NCBI GenBank assembly: GCA_964016885.1 | Contig: OZ024740.1 | Location: forward strand, 232,748,001-232,812,000 | Length of the DNA: 64,000 nt | Direction: 5' to 3' | DNA from: Eledone cirrhosa | Lineage: Eukaryota | Part shown: one piece after another, positions 1-15,845 of the stretch | Position numbering within the stretch: position 1 is the stretch's first letter | How the letters are laid out: each line of letters begins with the position of its first letter | Notes under the pieces: model-generated | Databases searched by the model: none | What the model saw: only the letters and a program-made list of their open reading frames with translations | What the model was told of the DNA's origin: nothing | Program-made: the position numbers and the translations under genes

Positions 1-240
1 TCATAATATATTGCTGTCAGGTCTGTTAGCATGTGATAATATACTATTTGCCAATTGTTGACTACCAATCATTTGCCTACTGTATATATCATACATATAT
101 AATCATATAATTTATTTTCACAATATATCATTCCATTCTAAACGGAAATTACAGAGAATTTCCTTTCCAGTTTTCTATCGTGTTTTATAAACATTTTATA
201 AAATATGAAATAAGGTCCACTGTATTCTGTTTAAGATATG

Positions 241-288
241 AGTTGCACTGAAGAAAGCAGATATCTTGAAATAAATCCATCTGTGATT
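241..288 (+). ncRNA. Minimal type-I hammerhead ribozyme motif (probably decayed)
   Basis: AGTTGCA-CTGAAGA(248-254)-AAG.cagatat.CTT-GAAA(268-271)-T aaatcc A-TC^TGTGATT. Stem I is 7 bp with 3 G.U pairs; AUC cleavage triplet; stem III loop is not palindromic. Confidence 0.5.
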
Positions 289-1386
289 ACATAAGAAGTC
301 AAAGTTAATTATGATTTCCAAATTCAAATAAATGTATTTTTAACTCTAAAACACCATATATTCTTGTCGCTACGTTAATTCCCGTTGTTCTGTCCTAGAC
401 TAAACTAGCTACTCAAGAAAAATCTTTAGTTGATCAATAGACAAACTACCTCATTTTTCGTTTTGCTATGTTTATAATGTGGATGACAGGGTCGACAGCG
501 AAATTTAGTACAGTGAAAGTACCCCAAAAATCGAAGAACAAAGGTGTATAGTTTCTTGGGACCCGGGTTGAATATCCTGTATTCTCTTGTATATTACACC
601 TGTCTTTTACCTACACACACTATATATATATATGTAATGGAATGAGAGAGAGGAAGCGGGAGAGAGAAAGAGGGAGAGAGGGAGGGAGAGAGAGATGAAG
701 AGAGAGAGACACGCTTACCAAACACGAACTTAAGTATATGTTGGATTTCTCCACCCTTCTAAACATGTTTACTCCTTGCCACTAATAAACTCTTACTTCT
801 GCTCTCATCCTCTTCCACATACATGTTTCTTCTTTTTCTCTCTCACACCAACTCACACCAAATCTCTATCTATTCCCCTCTATCTCTTCTTGTTTCTTCA
901 GCCGTTACTTTCTCTTACGACGTTCCAATCCATAAAACATAGACAAACAAGCACTCGTTCTCTGTGTTTGAGCTACTGCCTGCCATAAATACATACGTCC
1001 ATATATACATACACACAAGCAAGCTCACACGTACACATATAATGTATGTAAATTCACTTAAATTACTATATACAATTAAATAAGTAAATATGTCTGGAAA
1101 ATATATTTACATACTTTGAATGCATTTTTCTGGTACATTACACATTAACACAATCACAAACAAACACACGGGCGCATCCTCTCACTACAAACACACAAAA
1201 TACCAAAATCCTCCACACAGAACTACGTATATATAGACCCCTTGTACCTGGGTGACCCTTCGATACTCTTTGTTTTTCCTGTAGCTGTTATTATTGATAA
1301 TCTTCAATGCAGGCAGTTGGAAGTTTGCATAACCACATGCAAGCATAAAACTCTTCATAATTTCCCTCACAGATACGCATAGACAT

Positions 1387-1411
1387 AAACACACACACAC
1401 GCGTGTGTGTT

Positions 1412-1473
<62 letters not shown>

Positions 1474-1536
1474 TGTGTGTGTGTGTTTATGCGTATGTGT
1501 GTGGCTGTGTACTTGTGTGGCTATGTTTATGATTGA

Positions 1537-1573
<37 letters not shown>

Positions 1574-1624
1574 ATGCGTATGTGTGTGGCTGTGTACTTG
1601 TGTGGCTATGTTTATGATTGATTA
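1387..1624. repeat. (CA)/(TG) microsatellite with a local tandem duplication
   Basis: TTTATGCGTATGTGTGTGGCTGTGTACTTGTGTGGCTATGTTTATGATTGATTA occurs twice (about 1486-1539 and 1570-1623). Confidence 0.85.
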
Positions 1625-2189
1625 TGGAAAGAAATAGAACAACACTCAATATATGCTTAGACTCATATATATATATAATTATGATCTTTGCCCTGATACA
1701 CGAGACACATGGCCCTCGAGACATTGCTCCTATATATGTATATATAAATGTGTGTGTTTGGTTTGTGTGTGAGTGTGTGTCTGTGTGTTAGTGTGCGTGT
1801 GTATGTGGGGGGGGGGGGGGCACAAACGAAATCAATTGAAAAGTTGTATTGACTTACTGAACTTAATTCAACCTTACTACATCCCTATATGAACAAAGGT
1901 TCGCAGTTATAGTGAGGAATCTAACATCTTCCAAATTCAGTTACGATTCCGGTAGGGCAGTATTCCATCTCCAACAGCCTCAGTCGTACGATCATGTAAA
2001 AGGGAATTCAGTGTCACTGTCTCTGACTACGTCCGTGAACCCGCGATAAAGACTTAATAGATGTTCGCCTGAACTGCGAAATGCATTTTGTCGTCTTCAA
2101 AGCCTCTTCTGGTTGATGAACTCTCCCGTCGATTGCGACGTACGAGGGTTGAAACAACCTCGTCAGTTCATTCAGTTTGGATGATTATA

Positions 2190-2725
2190 TCGAGTATGAC
2201 ATTTTATCCTGCCAAGTATTTGCAAGCTCGTCCACCGGTTGAGCAAAGGTCAGGAGTACTAAACATTGTTACTTGTATGTTTCATAATGCTTTTCTCCTC
2301 TCCATTATGACACGCACATCTCAAGTTCTTCCGTTCCAATGCCATTTATTCAAATGTATTATAAGGTATATTGGTTCCTGAAAGTTTATTCTTCAGCTTC
2401 TTTGTACCTAAGCCATGGCCGTCCATCATTTCTATACCTACCATCAAGTTGGCTGTACATGAGGATATTTGGTACTCTTTTGTCACTCATTCCGATGACA
2501 TGACCAGCCCAGTGATGTTTTGAATTCATAAGAAAGATCTCAATGCCACCAATTTTGCACTTAGGGAAGAGGACAGCGTTACATATTTTGTTTTTAAGTG
2601 TGCACCCATAAATTGCCCGACGGCAACATTTATGAAAGACGTCTGACCTATGTGGCCTCCAAGATTCTATTCCATATAATAGTGTGGTCAATACAACAAC
2701 TTTATAAATCTCTATGTTCAATGTT
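2190..2725 (-). mobile_element. RTE-clade LINE 3' fragment (post-RT region plus C-terminal zinc-finger remnant)
   Basis: ORF 2386-2721 reads YKVVVLTTLLYGIESW...HWAGHVIGMSDKRVPNILMYSQL...GRPWLRYKE, typical of RTE. A downstream frame gives GRACKYLAG*KCHTR, resembling the RTE CxxC..H motif. Confidence 0.85.
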
Positions 2726-2733
2726 CAAGTATT

Positions 2734-2912
2734 TTGGCAGTATCGGTAGAGGGTCGGACGCCATGCTTTGCAGCAAAGAGTTACGGCCTTTTATGGTCTG
2801 AGTTCAAATCACGCCGAGGTTAACTTTGGCTTTCATCCTTACAGGGTCGATAAAATAAAGTACCAGTAATACACTGGGTAATTGGTGGCCTTGTGCCAGA
2901 AGTAGAAACAAT
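2734..2912 (+). mobile_element. tRNA-derived SINE, family A
   Basis: A-box-like TGGCAGTATCGG, B-box GAGTTCAAATC, central CTTTCATCCTTAC(A/G)GGGTCGATAAAATAAAGTACCAG (resembles the Meta/MESC-type central domain from memory), 3' end GTAGAAACAATT. Confidence 0.9.
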
Positions 2913-2983
<71 letters not shown>

Positions 2984-3105
2984 ATGTATTTGTATTTGTA
3001 TATGTATATATTTATAAATATATATACAGTGTGTGTTCCCAAAACTGAATAAAAACAGCAATAACCCGGCCAACGCCAGGTAATAAATCTACTAACATAT
3101 ATATA

Positions 3106-3190
<85 letters not shown>

Positions 3191-3744
3191 GTTTCGTTGA
3201 CAAATATATCAATGTGCCCAGACACGCATATTGCCCTTGGTATGACAATGTGGCTTTAGCTCAATGCTCAGATATATATATATATATGTATAGGCAAGTA
3301 AGGTTTTGTTTTTATCCCACACGGGTAACAATTGTTTCTACTTTTGGCACAAGGCCAGCAATTACCCAGTACAGGGAAAGAAGTTGAAAATGCAATTTGA
3401 ATCTTTAAGAAGACTTAATAATATCTTTACCGGTTTCACGTTTGAATGATTTTCAAATTTAAATCAGATGGAGAGCTGTGTGGCTATGTGGTGATATATT
3501 GCATCCAGTGATTCGGATAATTTCTTTCCGTTTCATGCAAAATTCCTGGGTCACATTGCTATATGTTTGAATACAATTGGATTGATTTTAGAAGATTACT
3601 CGATTAGGTATAAAGTTGAGTTGTTTTTTACGTAAAAAATTTATGATCACGTGATTAAGAATAGAAATTTTCTTGTAGATTTTGTGCCAAAAATTGGGAT
3701 GGCATGGGTCAGTGAACGTGGCTAATATCAAAAGCAAAAGACAA

Positions 3745-4155
3745 CCTCAGATTCCTTACCGATGGAATCCTCTTCAAATTGCGGCTGTTCCAGCCACAGA
3801 AATTCTGAGAGCCTCTGTTTGCTGAAAGAGCCACGAAGCTTTGCAAATGCTTCTACCTCTTTGGTCTGGAAGTCAGCTTGAAGAACACTGAAGTTCTCTA
3901 CCATCCTGGTCCCCAGAACCTATACTACACAACAAATAAGAGACCAAGCTAAAAGTTGTGCAGCAGTACTGACTTGGGAGTATAATTTCCACCGGTACTA
4001 GAATTGACATGGAATTGTACAACAGTCAAGGCAAAATTCAAGTGTGTTGGAGAGTACGGGGACAGCCTCGACCTAATGTTGCTGATCTATGAGAAGCTCT
4101 GGAAAGGATTTCTCACGTTGTCACTTCCACTATTATAATGTCTCCATGGTATTTG
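3745..4155 (+). mobile_element. RTE/BovB-like LINE RT fragment, frameshifted
   Basis: Translates to LFGLEVSLKNTEVLYHPGP (cf. RTE FGLTISLKKTEVLHQPAP) and KLKVVQQY*LGSII. Confidence 0.7.
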
Positions 4156-4355
4156 NNNNNNNNNNNNNNNNNNNNNNNNNNNNNNNNNNNNNNNNNNNNN
4201 NNNNNNNNNNNNNNNNNNNNNNNNNNNNNNNNNNNNNNNNNNNNNNNNNNNNNNNNNNNNNNNNNNNNNNNNNNNNNNNNNNNNNNNNNNNNNNNNNNNN
4301 NNNNNNNNNNNNNNNNNNNNNNNNNNNNNNNNNNNNNNNNNNNNNNNNNNNNNNN
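4156..4355. other. Assembly gap (200 N)
   Basis: Run of n. Confidence 1.
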
Positions 4356-4608
4356 TTAATGAATTTAAATCGTTATATACTAAATAGCATACGCAATACA
4401 TATTTAATTTAATGAAATTTCAATCTTAGTTGGAGGGAGAAAACAAAGCCTAGTAACTACACTGAGTGCCTCAAATAGAAGCAGGGGTCATTTCAAGGAA
4501 TTCACAAGAAAGTTTCCTAGTTAATACGTTTAATATCTATTTGACTGCAAATAATTATTTTCATACAAAGAAAACTGCACGTATATATTTGGACAAAGGC
4601 AGTATATA

Positions 4609-4796
4609 TAATTGTTTCTACTTTAGGCACAAGGCCAGCAAATTACCCAGTGCATTACTGGTACTTTATTTTGTCGACCCCGTAAGGATAAAAGGCAAAG
4701 TCAACCTCGGCGGGATTTGAACTCAGATCGTAAAGGGACGTAACTATGCTGGAAAGCATGGCGTCCGATCCTCTACCGATACTGTCAATCCACTGC
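4609..4796 (-). mobile_element. SINE family A, near full length, with TSD
   Basis: Reverse complement of the family consensus, flanked by direct repeat CAAAGGCAGTATAT(A/G)TAAT. Confidence 0.92.
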
Positions 4797-5296
4797 CAAA
4801 GGCAGTATATGTAATCAAAGGGGAGAAGCTAAGAGGGATCAACTCACATTTTTCCTTTTGTCTAAAACAAATGAAAATCTGTAAAAGAAATGCAATTGCT
4901 GGGATTTGGGTAATTTATTAAAGGGTGATCTATCCGATGTCGCACAATAAATACTTGAAGCTTATTGAAATTTCCTTTGAGTTGGTGACAAAGAACCAAA
5001 AACTAGTTGCAAGTATTTATAGACGAACAAAGAGGGTAAAGAAAAGTTTTCTCTATGTAATTCGGGGGGAAATTTTAATTAACTAAGATTTGTACTACCT
5101 AAAACATTCAGTATATCAACGTTTACTTCACACGCATACAATTAACACGCCACGCAAAATTATATCCATATATGTAATATATATAAATATGTATATATAT
5201 TCATGTAGGTGTGTGTCTAGTGTTTGCATGTGTGGTCTCTCTCTCTCCCTCCACACGCACACACATACACACACACATACACACACATATATATAT

Positions 5297-5395
5297 GTGA
5301 TGAAATACCAATGATGGTTGGCAAATCACTGATGAGGGACTAATTTTATAATATGTAACCCATGTACAACCACGCAGTATTCCTCTTTCTTCCCG

Positions 5396-5456
<61 letters not shown>

Positions 5457-5723
5457 CATGAGATTTCTAACTGGAAATTAACCCTTCCGAGCCTCAAGAC
5501 AGGCAAGTGGTTTTGTGTCACCCATCAATTCAATTGTCTTCTCTCTGGGACACCGATGTCGTCGAACAAAAAAGCAAAGACTGCAGCAACGTGTAATAAA
5601 GTGTTTTGCTTCTGGAAACAACGCATTAGACCATTTGGGAGTCGAAATAACACAAACTCCCTAATTTGTATCCAACCCCCGAGCAAAGAAGCCACTGAGT
5701 TTCGAATACATGAATGCAAGTTA

Positions 5724-5769
<46 letters not shown>

Positions 5770-5864
5770 AACATGGGGAGAAGAATACTGCATGGTTGCA
5801 CATGGATTACATATTATAAAATTAGTCCCTCATCAGGGATTTGCCAACCATCATTGGTATTTCA
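5297..5864. repeat. Inverted pair of ~100-bp elements in (TA)n (5297-5401 +, 5766-5864 -), with a third diverged copy at 7036-7134 (-)
   Basis: TGAAATACCAATGATGGTTGGCAAATC(A/C)CTGATGAGGGACTAATTTTATAATATGTAA... is present in both orientations. Confidence 0.85.
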
Positions 5865-5884
5865 TATATATATATAATAGTAAT

Positions 5885-6260
5885 AATTGTTTCTACTTTT
5901 GGCACAAGGCCAGCAATTATCTCAGTGCATTACTGGTACTTTATATTATCGACCCCGTAAGGATGAAAGGCAAAGTTAACCTCGGCGGGATTAGAACTCA
6001 GATCATAAAGGGAGGTAACTCTATGCTTCAAAGCATGGCGTCCGACCCTCTACCGATACTGCCAATCCACTAGTAATAATGGTTTCTACTATAAGCCCAA
6101 AGCCAGTAATTTGGGGAGAGAGGAAAGTCGATTAAATCGACCCCAGTATGTTGCTGGTGCTTTATTTTATCGACCCCGTAAGGCAGAGTTAACCTCGGAG
6201 GGATTTGAACTCAAAGGGATGTAACTCTATGCCACTAAGCATATTGTCCGATTCAGCCAA
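5885..6260 (-). mobile_element. Two adjacent SINE family A copies (5885-6070; longer variant 6078-6260)
   Basis: First copy has TSD TAGTAATAAT. Second carries an extra GGGGAGAG..GTCGATTAAATCGACCCCAGT segment also seen at 21985-22190. Confidence 0.88.
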
Positions 6261-6387
6261 TACTTATATATAATAATAATAACTTGGTGTTTAAATCGGT
6301 AACCATCAGTAACTAATGGTTGTATAGCAAGCAATTATATGTGTATATATATATACTTATATATATATACTTATATATATATATATA

Positions 6388-6566
6388 TAACGAAGGAGAT
6401 GTGGTAAGGAACCAGATGGACCATAACGCACCAGAGAAATAGCCGTCGAAACGGCTTGACCTCTGCCGTCGGGGACATACTTTTCCCTCTTTCCCACTCT
6501 ACTACTCTAAGTATTGAGTACTCTGGTGCATTATGGTCCTTCTGGTCCCTTACCACATTTCCTTTG

Positions 6567-6569
<3 letters not shown>
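6388..6569. mobile_element. Fold-back element family P2 in (TA)n
   Basis: ~49-bp inverted termini TAACGAAGGAGATGTGGTAAGG.../...CCTTACCACATTTCCTTTGTTA. Same family as 17581-17788 and 59516-59721. Confidence 0.8.
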
Positions 6570-6651
<82 letters not shown>

Positions 6652-6652
6652 T

Positions 6653-6683
<31 letters not shown>

Positions 6684-6857
6684 GACCCACACTGTAAATG
6701 TGGTTGGTGTTAGGAAGGGCATCCAACTGTAGAAAACCTGCCAGACAGTCCTATGCGAGCAAGACAATCACTCTTGCCTCAAGTGGGACTACCCCCGTCC
6801 AAACCCATGCAAGCGTGGAACACGGACGTTAAACGTTGATGATGATGATGATGATGA
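6684..6857 (+). mobile_element. SINE/RTE-partner 3' end, family B, with (GAT)n tail
   Basis: GGTTGGTGTTAGGAAGGGCATCCAACTGTAGAAA...GGACGTTAAACGTT(GAT)n. Near-identical reverse copy at 16627-16804. Confidence 0.85.
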
Positions 6858-8290
<1,433 letters not shown>

Positions 8291-9113
8291 TTACGTACAC
8301 CCGCATATTTATATACGCATACGTATATAAATATGTCCGTAACATATTAACCGAGTCTTCCATAAGCTGTTTCCTATATTTGAACACCCTGTACCTAACA
8401 CACGTTAGTCCCAGACCTATCTTAGAGGGAGCGAGCGAGCAATTCTCTAAACCCATTGGCGCACGTTAGACTCTTAATACCTCCGCCTTCCTCCCCGTCA
8501 TCGTCTAAAGAAGGAATGGGTGAAAGATAGGTTGGGAGAGAGTGAGTGGGAGACTACGCCAAACTGCTTTTGGCATTGGCATAAATAGTGACTGGCACCA
8601 GCTTATAAAGAACACGAACAACTACTTACGCTTATAACTCTGTACAATGTAAACACGTACATACTTATATATATAAATATTTTATAAATATAAATATAAA
8701 TATAATTATAAAATAACTACGTCTACTTATGGCATTTATATAAAGTTTCATACAGTATATAATATTAGAAACATACGTTTTATTAAAAAAAAATATTAAT
8801 AATAATAGCAATAACATTATTACATACATGTTCGCGGCAATAACCTTTTATACAAAAATTCCATGTTTCTATTTTGGACTTGTTGCTTGTCAATTTTCTT
8901 TTCTATTTATTTAAATTAATAACATTATTTATTTTATCTGGTGTATACACATATATAAACAAGTATATATACGCAAAAAGAGAGAGTGAATATATACATA
9001 CGTATAAAATATATAATCAAACAATCAACAGCAACAATTGTTAATGAATAACTAAAACAAGCCGGACCTGAAATAGAATAGGTAAGCAATTCGCATTGTT
9101 ATTTTTTTAAATT

Positions 9114-9154
<41 letters not shown>

Positions 9155-9356
9155 TTATATCTTCACATATATGTCTATGTCGTTCCCTCTCCTCCCCCTC
9201 CCCCCTCTCTCTCTCTGTCTCACTCTCTCTCTCTCTCTCTCTATGAGGGCGTCTGGCTGTGAAGCTAGTTGGTCAGCCACCTTCTCTGTCTCTGGTTTCT
9301 CGGACCCATGGTTTTTCGCACCCATGGCTTTTTACATATTCCTTTGTTATGTTCAA

Positions 9357-9414
9357 ATACCTGATGATATCACCTGATTCATATGGAACTCGGTCATTGA
9401 AATGATCATGGTAT
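9357..9414 (+). ncRNA. Type-I hammerhead motif with G at position 17 (probably inactive)
   Basis: ATAC-CTGATGA(9361-67)-TAT.C.ACC...GGT.C.ATT-GAAA(9399-9402)-TGATCA-T-G-GTAT, then AATAAA. Stem III palindrome ATGATCAT. Confidence 0.65.
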
Positions 9415-9460
9415 AATAAAGCTTTCAAGGATTTACACCAGTCCAGCCTCCTGTTACTTC

Positions 9461-9856
<396 letters not shown>

Positions 9857-10851
9857 ATATAAGCGTACGTTTTTTTTTTTTTCTGGATCAATATGACACT
9901 TGTCACAATACCGAAACCATGTTTTCTTGTTTTTCGTTTCTTTTTACCTTAACCATTCTACTACTCACGCGGAATGTTTGAACAACACTAAACATCTCCT
10001 TTACGCAAAATGTTGACCCCAAACAAAGTCTAACAACAAAGACAGTTGTAGTTCATCAATTATCCCTGTGGTTTATAGCAAGCAGTATTTTCTTTTTCGA
10101 AGATGCGGAATCCGGAGGTGTGGTATGTGTTACTGATTCGTGTTGCAGCGAACACGGTTTCAATGTCACTTACCTTTCATGTTATGTTAATAATTAATCA
10201 ATTAATTCAAACTAGTCACAGGATGAGGCATTTCGCTTCGGAGTTAGTCTATTAAATTGACCTTGGTATTGAACTAGATATTTATTTCATAGGTCCCAGA
10301 ATAAGGCAAGGATAATTGACCACGGTGGGATTTGAATTCACAAGGAGAAATGCTGTAACTAGATATCACAAATCACTTTGACCGAAGTTCTAACAATTCA
10401 GCCATACAATCAACAACAACAACAACAGCAACAACAGCAATACTTATTTATTTACCACTAGGCAATAGTTCGAGGAAGAATGCAAGGACAGATTTCAAAA
10501 TATTAACGGTAGTAAGCAATAGGAAAGGAAATGGTAACAATCTGTATTATCTATTATCAGACCAAATTCTTTCGTCATTGTTATTTTAATTTGATACATT
10601 TGCACACACATACAAACAGGCAGACATACTCACACCTACACACATATGCACAGGCAGACACACGCACACATACACAAACATAAACACACGCACACATACT
10701 TTCAGTCGTCGAAGCTCAGCATATATTTTAGTTAGATACCTATTTTATCGATCTTTATCAATACCATTTTGAAAAAAGGGACGTAACTCGATATTTATAA
10801 AACAATATATAATATATATATTATATACATACATAAATACATCTTTCTCTC

Positions 10852-10921
<70 letters not shown>

Positions 10922-10928
10922 GTATATT

Positions 10929-10961
<33 letters not shown>

Positions 10962-11084
10962 ATATAAATATATATATATATATATATTTAAAGGTTAAAC
11001 AAGGTTCAATGAATAAATCAAAGAATGAGTTTTACAATAGATTAGAAGCACTCAACAAATTTGGTTTTCCGGCGTTATTAATAT

Positions 11085-11308
11085 TAATTCAAAATATTAA
11101 CAAAAATAGAACTACATAGTAGAAGGTTAAGATCCAGTCATTGTACCATGACTGGATCTTAACCATCTACTATGTCAGGGTATGTCATCCATCATCTTAT
11201 TTCATCTGATGAGGACGTACTGTTGAAGTTAGCTCAGTACCTCTGAAATATGTATAATAAAATATACTTGATCACAAGAATATCTATTTTGTTAATATTT
11301 TGAATTAA
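11085..11308 (+). mobile_element. Fold-back element with an internal ~60-bp hairpin (11114-11175) and a hammerhead
   Basis: Outer inverted repeat TAATTCAAAATATTAACAAAA(A)TAGA / TCTATTTTGTTAATATTTTGAATTA, followed by (TA)n. Confidence 0.75.
11198..11264 (+). ncRNA. Minimal type-I hammerhead ribozyme motif
   Basis: TATTTCAT-CTGATGA(11206-12)-GGA.C.GTACTG..CAGTAC.C.TCT-GAAA(11245-48)-TATGTA-TA^ATAAAATA. Confidence 0.75.
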
Positions 11309-11348
11309 TATATATATATATATATGTATGTATGTATGTATGTATATT

Positions 11349-11383
<35 letters not shown>

Positions 11384-11514
11384 ATATTATGTATATTTAT
11401 ATATATATACATATATATATGTATATATCTATATATATTTATATATAAATGTATGTATATACATATATATACATATATATACACATATATATATATACAT
11501 ATATACATATATAC

Positions 11515-11545
<31 letters not shown>

Positions 11546-11606
11546 CATATATACATATATATATACATATATATATATTTTTATATATATATATATATAT
11601 GTATAT

Positions 11607-11662
<56 letters not shown>

Positions 11663-12013
11663 TTTATATGTGTGTAAATATACATATATAAAGTTCACAC
11701 AGTTTTTTAAACATATTATGTACATGTTACTCGAATATAACCGGCCGACAGCGGATCAGTTAGACAGTATATACGGTTTAGATGCATATTCGATCCATTA
11801 CCACATATTTCCAAATGTGATTAGTTATTGTGTAAAGGCCACCACTTTACTACTCCTATGTAATATCAAAAACAAAAGACACATGGCTTATTTTAATCCT
11901 CATCTTTGTAGAGAAAAGAAAAGGATCCGCTAGTTCAGAAGAGCCTGTTTCAGCTTTATGATGAGCTTTGAAAAGATCCCGAGTACTTCTTCATAAATAT
12001 TATATTTTATTAT

Positions 12014-12077
<64 letters not shown>

Positions 12078-14999
12078 ACAGTATTGTACTAAGAAAAATA
12101 AAACTTTGGCGTGAAGAGATTGTGAATCTACTTGCTTTGACATGTTTTCGTGTCTATTATATATATACATACACACACACGCACACACACACACACATCC
12201 ACACACATACACACACACATGTATATTTATGTATATATAAAAGGTAGTACAGCATAATCGAAGATCTGGTTGCGGGCAAGCTAACGAATGGTGTCGATAT
12301 ATATATATATATATATATTCGTGAGAGCAAGACCTTTATTATATTCTACTTTATGTACCGCAAGTACATTCGAAGGTCGTTAAAGTAAAGGATATAGATT
12401 CCACGAACCAAGCAAAGCGCCTTTGCATGGTTATTCGATATTCTAGAAATCGCCGGCAGATCTCATGGAAATCTTACCGTAACAAGTGCACACTAGCTAA
12501 TGTACTTTGTACTTTCTGACAGATCATTCAGATCATTCATCGATCTGCTCGACTAAGATTAACAATAATGACAACAACAATCCCAACATAATAAACGACA
12601 ATAAGAATTACTCCTGCAACATTTGTATGGGATGAGCTGTTAATAACATTATAAGATTTGGGACAAAATTGTGCTAATATCTCAAGGTGCCTAGGGTCAA
12701 ACCAGCCTGGGGTATTGTACACACCAATAACTAACATACCTGATGATGCTCAAAGATCAAAATCTTTCAATATGTAGAGTAACGATATGATTATTATAAA
12801 TAACCAGATGATTGTAGTATAGCCAGGGAAAAATTTATCTCACCGCTTGTTCGCTGAAAGGCTTCCACTCTATTAATTTTATGTTTTATGTTTCGTAACA
12901 CAACAAAAACTACACTCCTGATAAACAAATTCACATGATACGATTTCCATTCTTGGTTGAATTATTAATTCTACACTAAATCGCGAGGCCTTCTTGAGTC
13001 TATCAAAAATAATAATCATTATAATGTAATGGTTTCACTTTTACTTGGTCACAAGGGCATTCTCTTTTAAGGCAAGCCAACGAATTGGAAGCTGTGATGT
13101 TAATGCATTTATCCTCAATACTATCGATATTAATGTGGAAAGAAGATAGGCTTCAATCGCTAAAAATGATTGTTGTATGTTATGAAAAATAATAGATAAT
13201 AATAGTGTTTTCTTATGCACACACAAGGCCATGTATGATTGAGAGGTTCGTTTGAAAATCGAACAAATTGCTGTGCAGTATTTAGTTACTGCCTGTTATA
13301 TTCTGATTCAAGTACCCAAAGATCCCAGTTTCTTGTAATCGTTATGGCTGAATAAAATAAAGAACAATCAAATGATGAGGTTGACATAATGGACTGTACA
13401 ATTCCCCTAAATCTGAATCCTTGAAATTATATGATATATAGTTACTGATATTATTGGTTGAGAATCGGATTTTATTCCCTGAGATGTTTAGCTATATGCT
13501 AATATAAACATATTTCAGTTCCCACCTGTCTGGGTGAAATTTCGGGATCAAAAAACAAATACCAGTCATGTGGTGGGGTCAATTGAATCGGCTATAACTT
13601 CCACAACAAATGTATGATCTTGCAACTATAATAGAAGTCCTCTCGATTTCCTACAGTCTGTTAATGTCTCTGAGAGTTTAGTAGTGACGTCACAAAATAA
13701 TTTATTGAAACACCATAAATATTAGTTGAAAGTAGTTAAACAAATAATATTTTAAGTAATTTATTTATTAACGGTTCGTAACTTATACATATTGAAAACA
13801 TGATTTATATAATGTCAATACATGTATGTGGAGAAATCTAATTTTGTATACAGTTAACTAAATAAATCAAACAACAACGAAAAAGAACAGTTAATAATTC
13901 ATTTATCGAACAATTTCCGTGGCTATACAAGCGGTTACATTGTCTCAGGTGTCCTTTCATTGCAAGGCTGTAGCCGGTGATGTAAGAGAAGTTCGGTTTC
14001 TTAACACCTAAACATTCGTTGAATTTAGTTGTTGAGCTTTGATTGATGTCTTGGGTAAAGAAAGTAACTATTTTGGATGTAAAGGTAATTCAAAAATATT
14101 CAGGAATTGATGTATAGTATTTAGTATAGTATTTAGATGTGTAATAGTGGTAGAGATATTTTGAGGAAGGTCTAACTATCATTTTTCTACACTGAGTTCG
14201 TATCCCTTCTGTATTAGCTATGCAATTATTATTTGTTTCTACTCAACATATAGCGCCCCGTTCATTCCTTATTCCTGTTATGTATATAAGCACAAACCTT
14301 TACAAGGAAACTCACACATGCCCACATTAAAATACATACACCATACAGACGAAGCACACATGTATCTCTAGTGTAAATTCCATGGGGAAATGTCACGGAA
14401 AAAAACAGGAAATAACGTCACGTTTCATTTAAATAGTATATGTAATAGTTAATGTAATGTAATGTAGCAAATAATGTTATAGCTCATTTATAGTCTAAGA
14501 AACCATGATATATTGAGAATGACAACGTAAGTTATATAATATTAGTAATGAGGTTATGTGAAAAATGTCGCATTTTATATAATAATATCTATCATAAATA
14601 AAATAATGAAACAAAGGCCACAAAGAAGCCATTTATTTAAGTTTGTCTACAATTTTCTGAATTCACATCATAGCTTGAACGGAATACTAAAATTTAGAAA
14701 ACCTACAGATATATTAAAAGACGCAGGAGAAGATTTTGCGACTAAAGATAGGCTTTTAAAAGTCAAAATGTTGAAGAAAATATATAGAGTCTGGATACCG
14801 ACACATCAATATATGTTCCATTTATTTGTAAATTTTTACTTCAAATATACACTGTGCATATAAATGTTAATAACAATACATCTACACACCTGGTTAGTTT
14901 GATTATATCCTTATATTTCTTACATAAGTACATAAACGTTTCTAAATATACAATTACAATGAAAGCACAAACATATATACATGAATAATTGAATGTACG

Positions 15000-15330
15000 T
15001 TTGTATGTATGTATGTATGTATGTATGTATGTATGTATGTATGTATGTATGTATGTATGTATGTATGTATGTATGTATGCATGTATGTATGTATATAGGT
15101 ATGTATGTATGCGTGTATTTATTTATTTATATATATATAAATATATATATATATATGTACATTCTTGTATTTATTTAAACGTATTTATACAAGTATAGAT
15201 GCATATATACACGCATATATACATGTATATATATACATACATATATATGCGTGTATATGTACATTTGTAGACACACACACACATAAATGACATCTATGCA
15301 TACATATATATATATGTATGCATACATATA

Positions 15331-15413
<83 letters not shown>

Positions 15414-15574
15414 ATATGTATATATATATGGATATGTGTATATATGTGTGTGGATATATGTATGCATATATATATATGCATACATATATACACACACACA
15501 TATATATATATATATGCATACATACACACACACATATATATATCATATATATATACTATATATACATAGATATA

Positions 15575-15642
<68 letters not shown>

Positions 15643-15811
15643 TATATATATATATGTATGCATACATGTAATTTATGTGTATGTCTACAAATGTACATAT
15701 ACACGCATATATGTATGTATATATATATATATACATATATATATATGCGTGTATATATGCGTGTAAATATGCAGGTATACTTGTCCAAATACGTTTAGAT
15801 AAATACATGAA

Positions 15812-15845
<34 letters not shown>

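Noticed and set aside
2734-2820. tRNA genes suggested by A/B boxes
   Set aside because: No cloverleaf, and the boxes are always followed by the SINE body, often with TSDs.
3062-3095. Helitron 3' end (CCCGGCCAACGCCAGG...CTAC; also about 60009-60050)
   Set aside because: Imperfect hairpin, no clean CTRR terminus at 3062-3095, and no matching 5' end found.
5296-5335. Box C/D snoRNA or SECIS reading of TGATGA...CTGA
   Set aside because: Too short for a C/D snoRNA, helix II too short for a SECIS, and the element is a dispersed repeat.
12739-12780. Isolated CTGANGA hits (12740, 32744, 51813, 56115, 56149, 58674) as hammerheads
   Set aside because: No properly placed GAAA, stem III or NUH site.
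14380-14863. Mutator-like TIR (GGAAATGTCACGGAAAAAA..GTCACG) and a 101-aa ORF
   Set aside because: No partner TIR and no transposase motif recognised.
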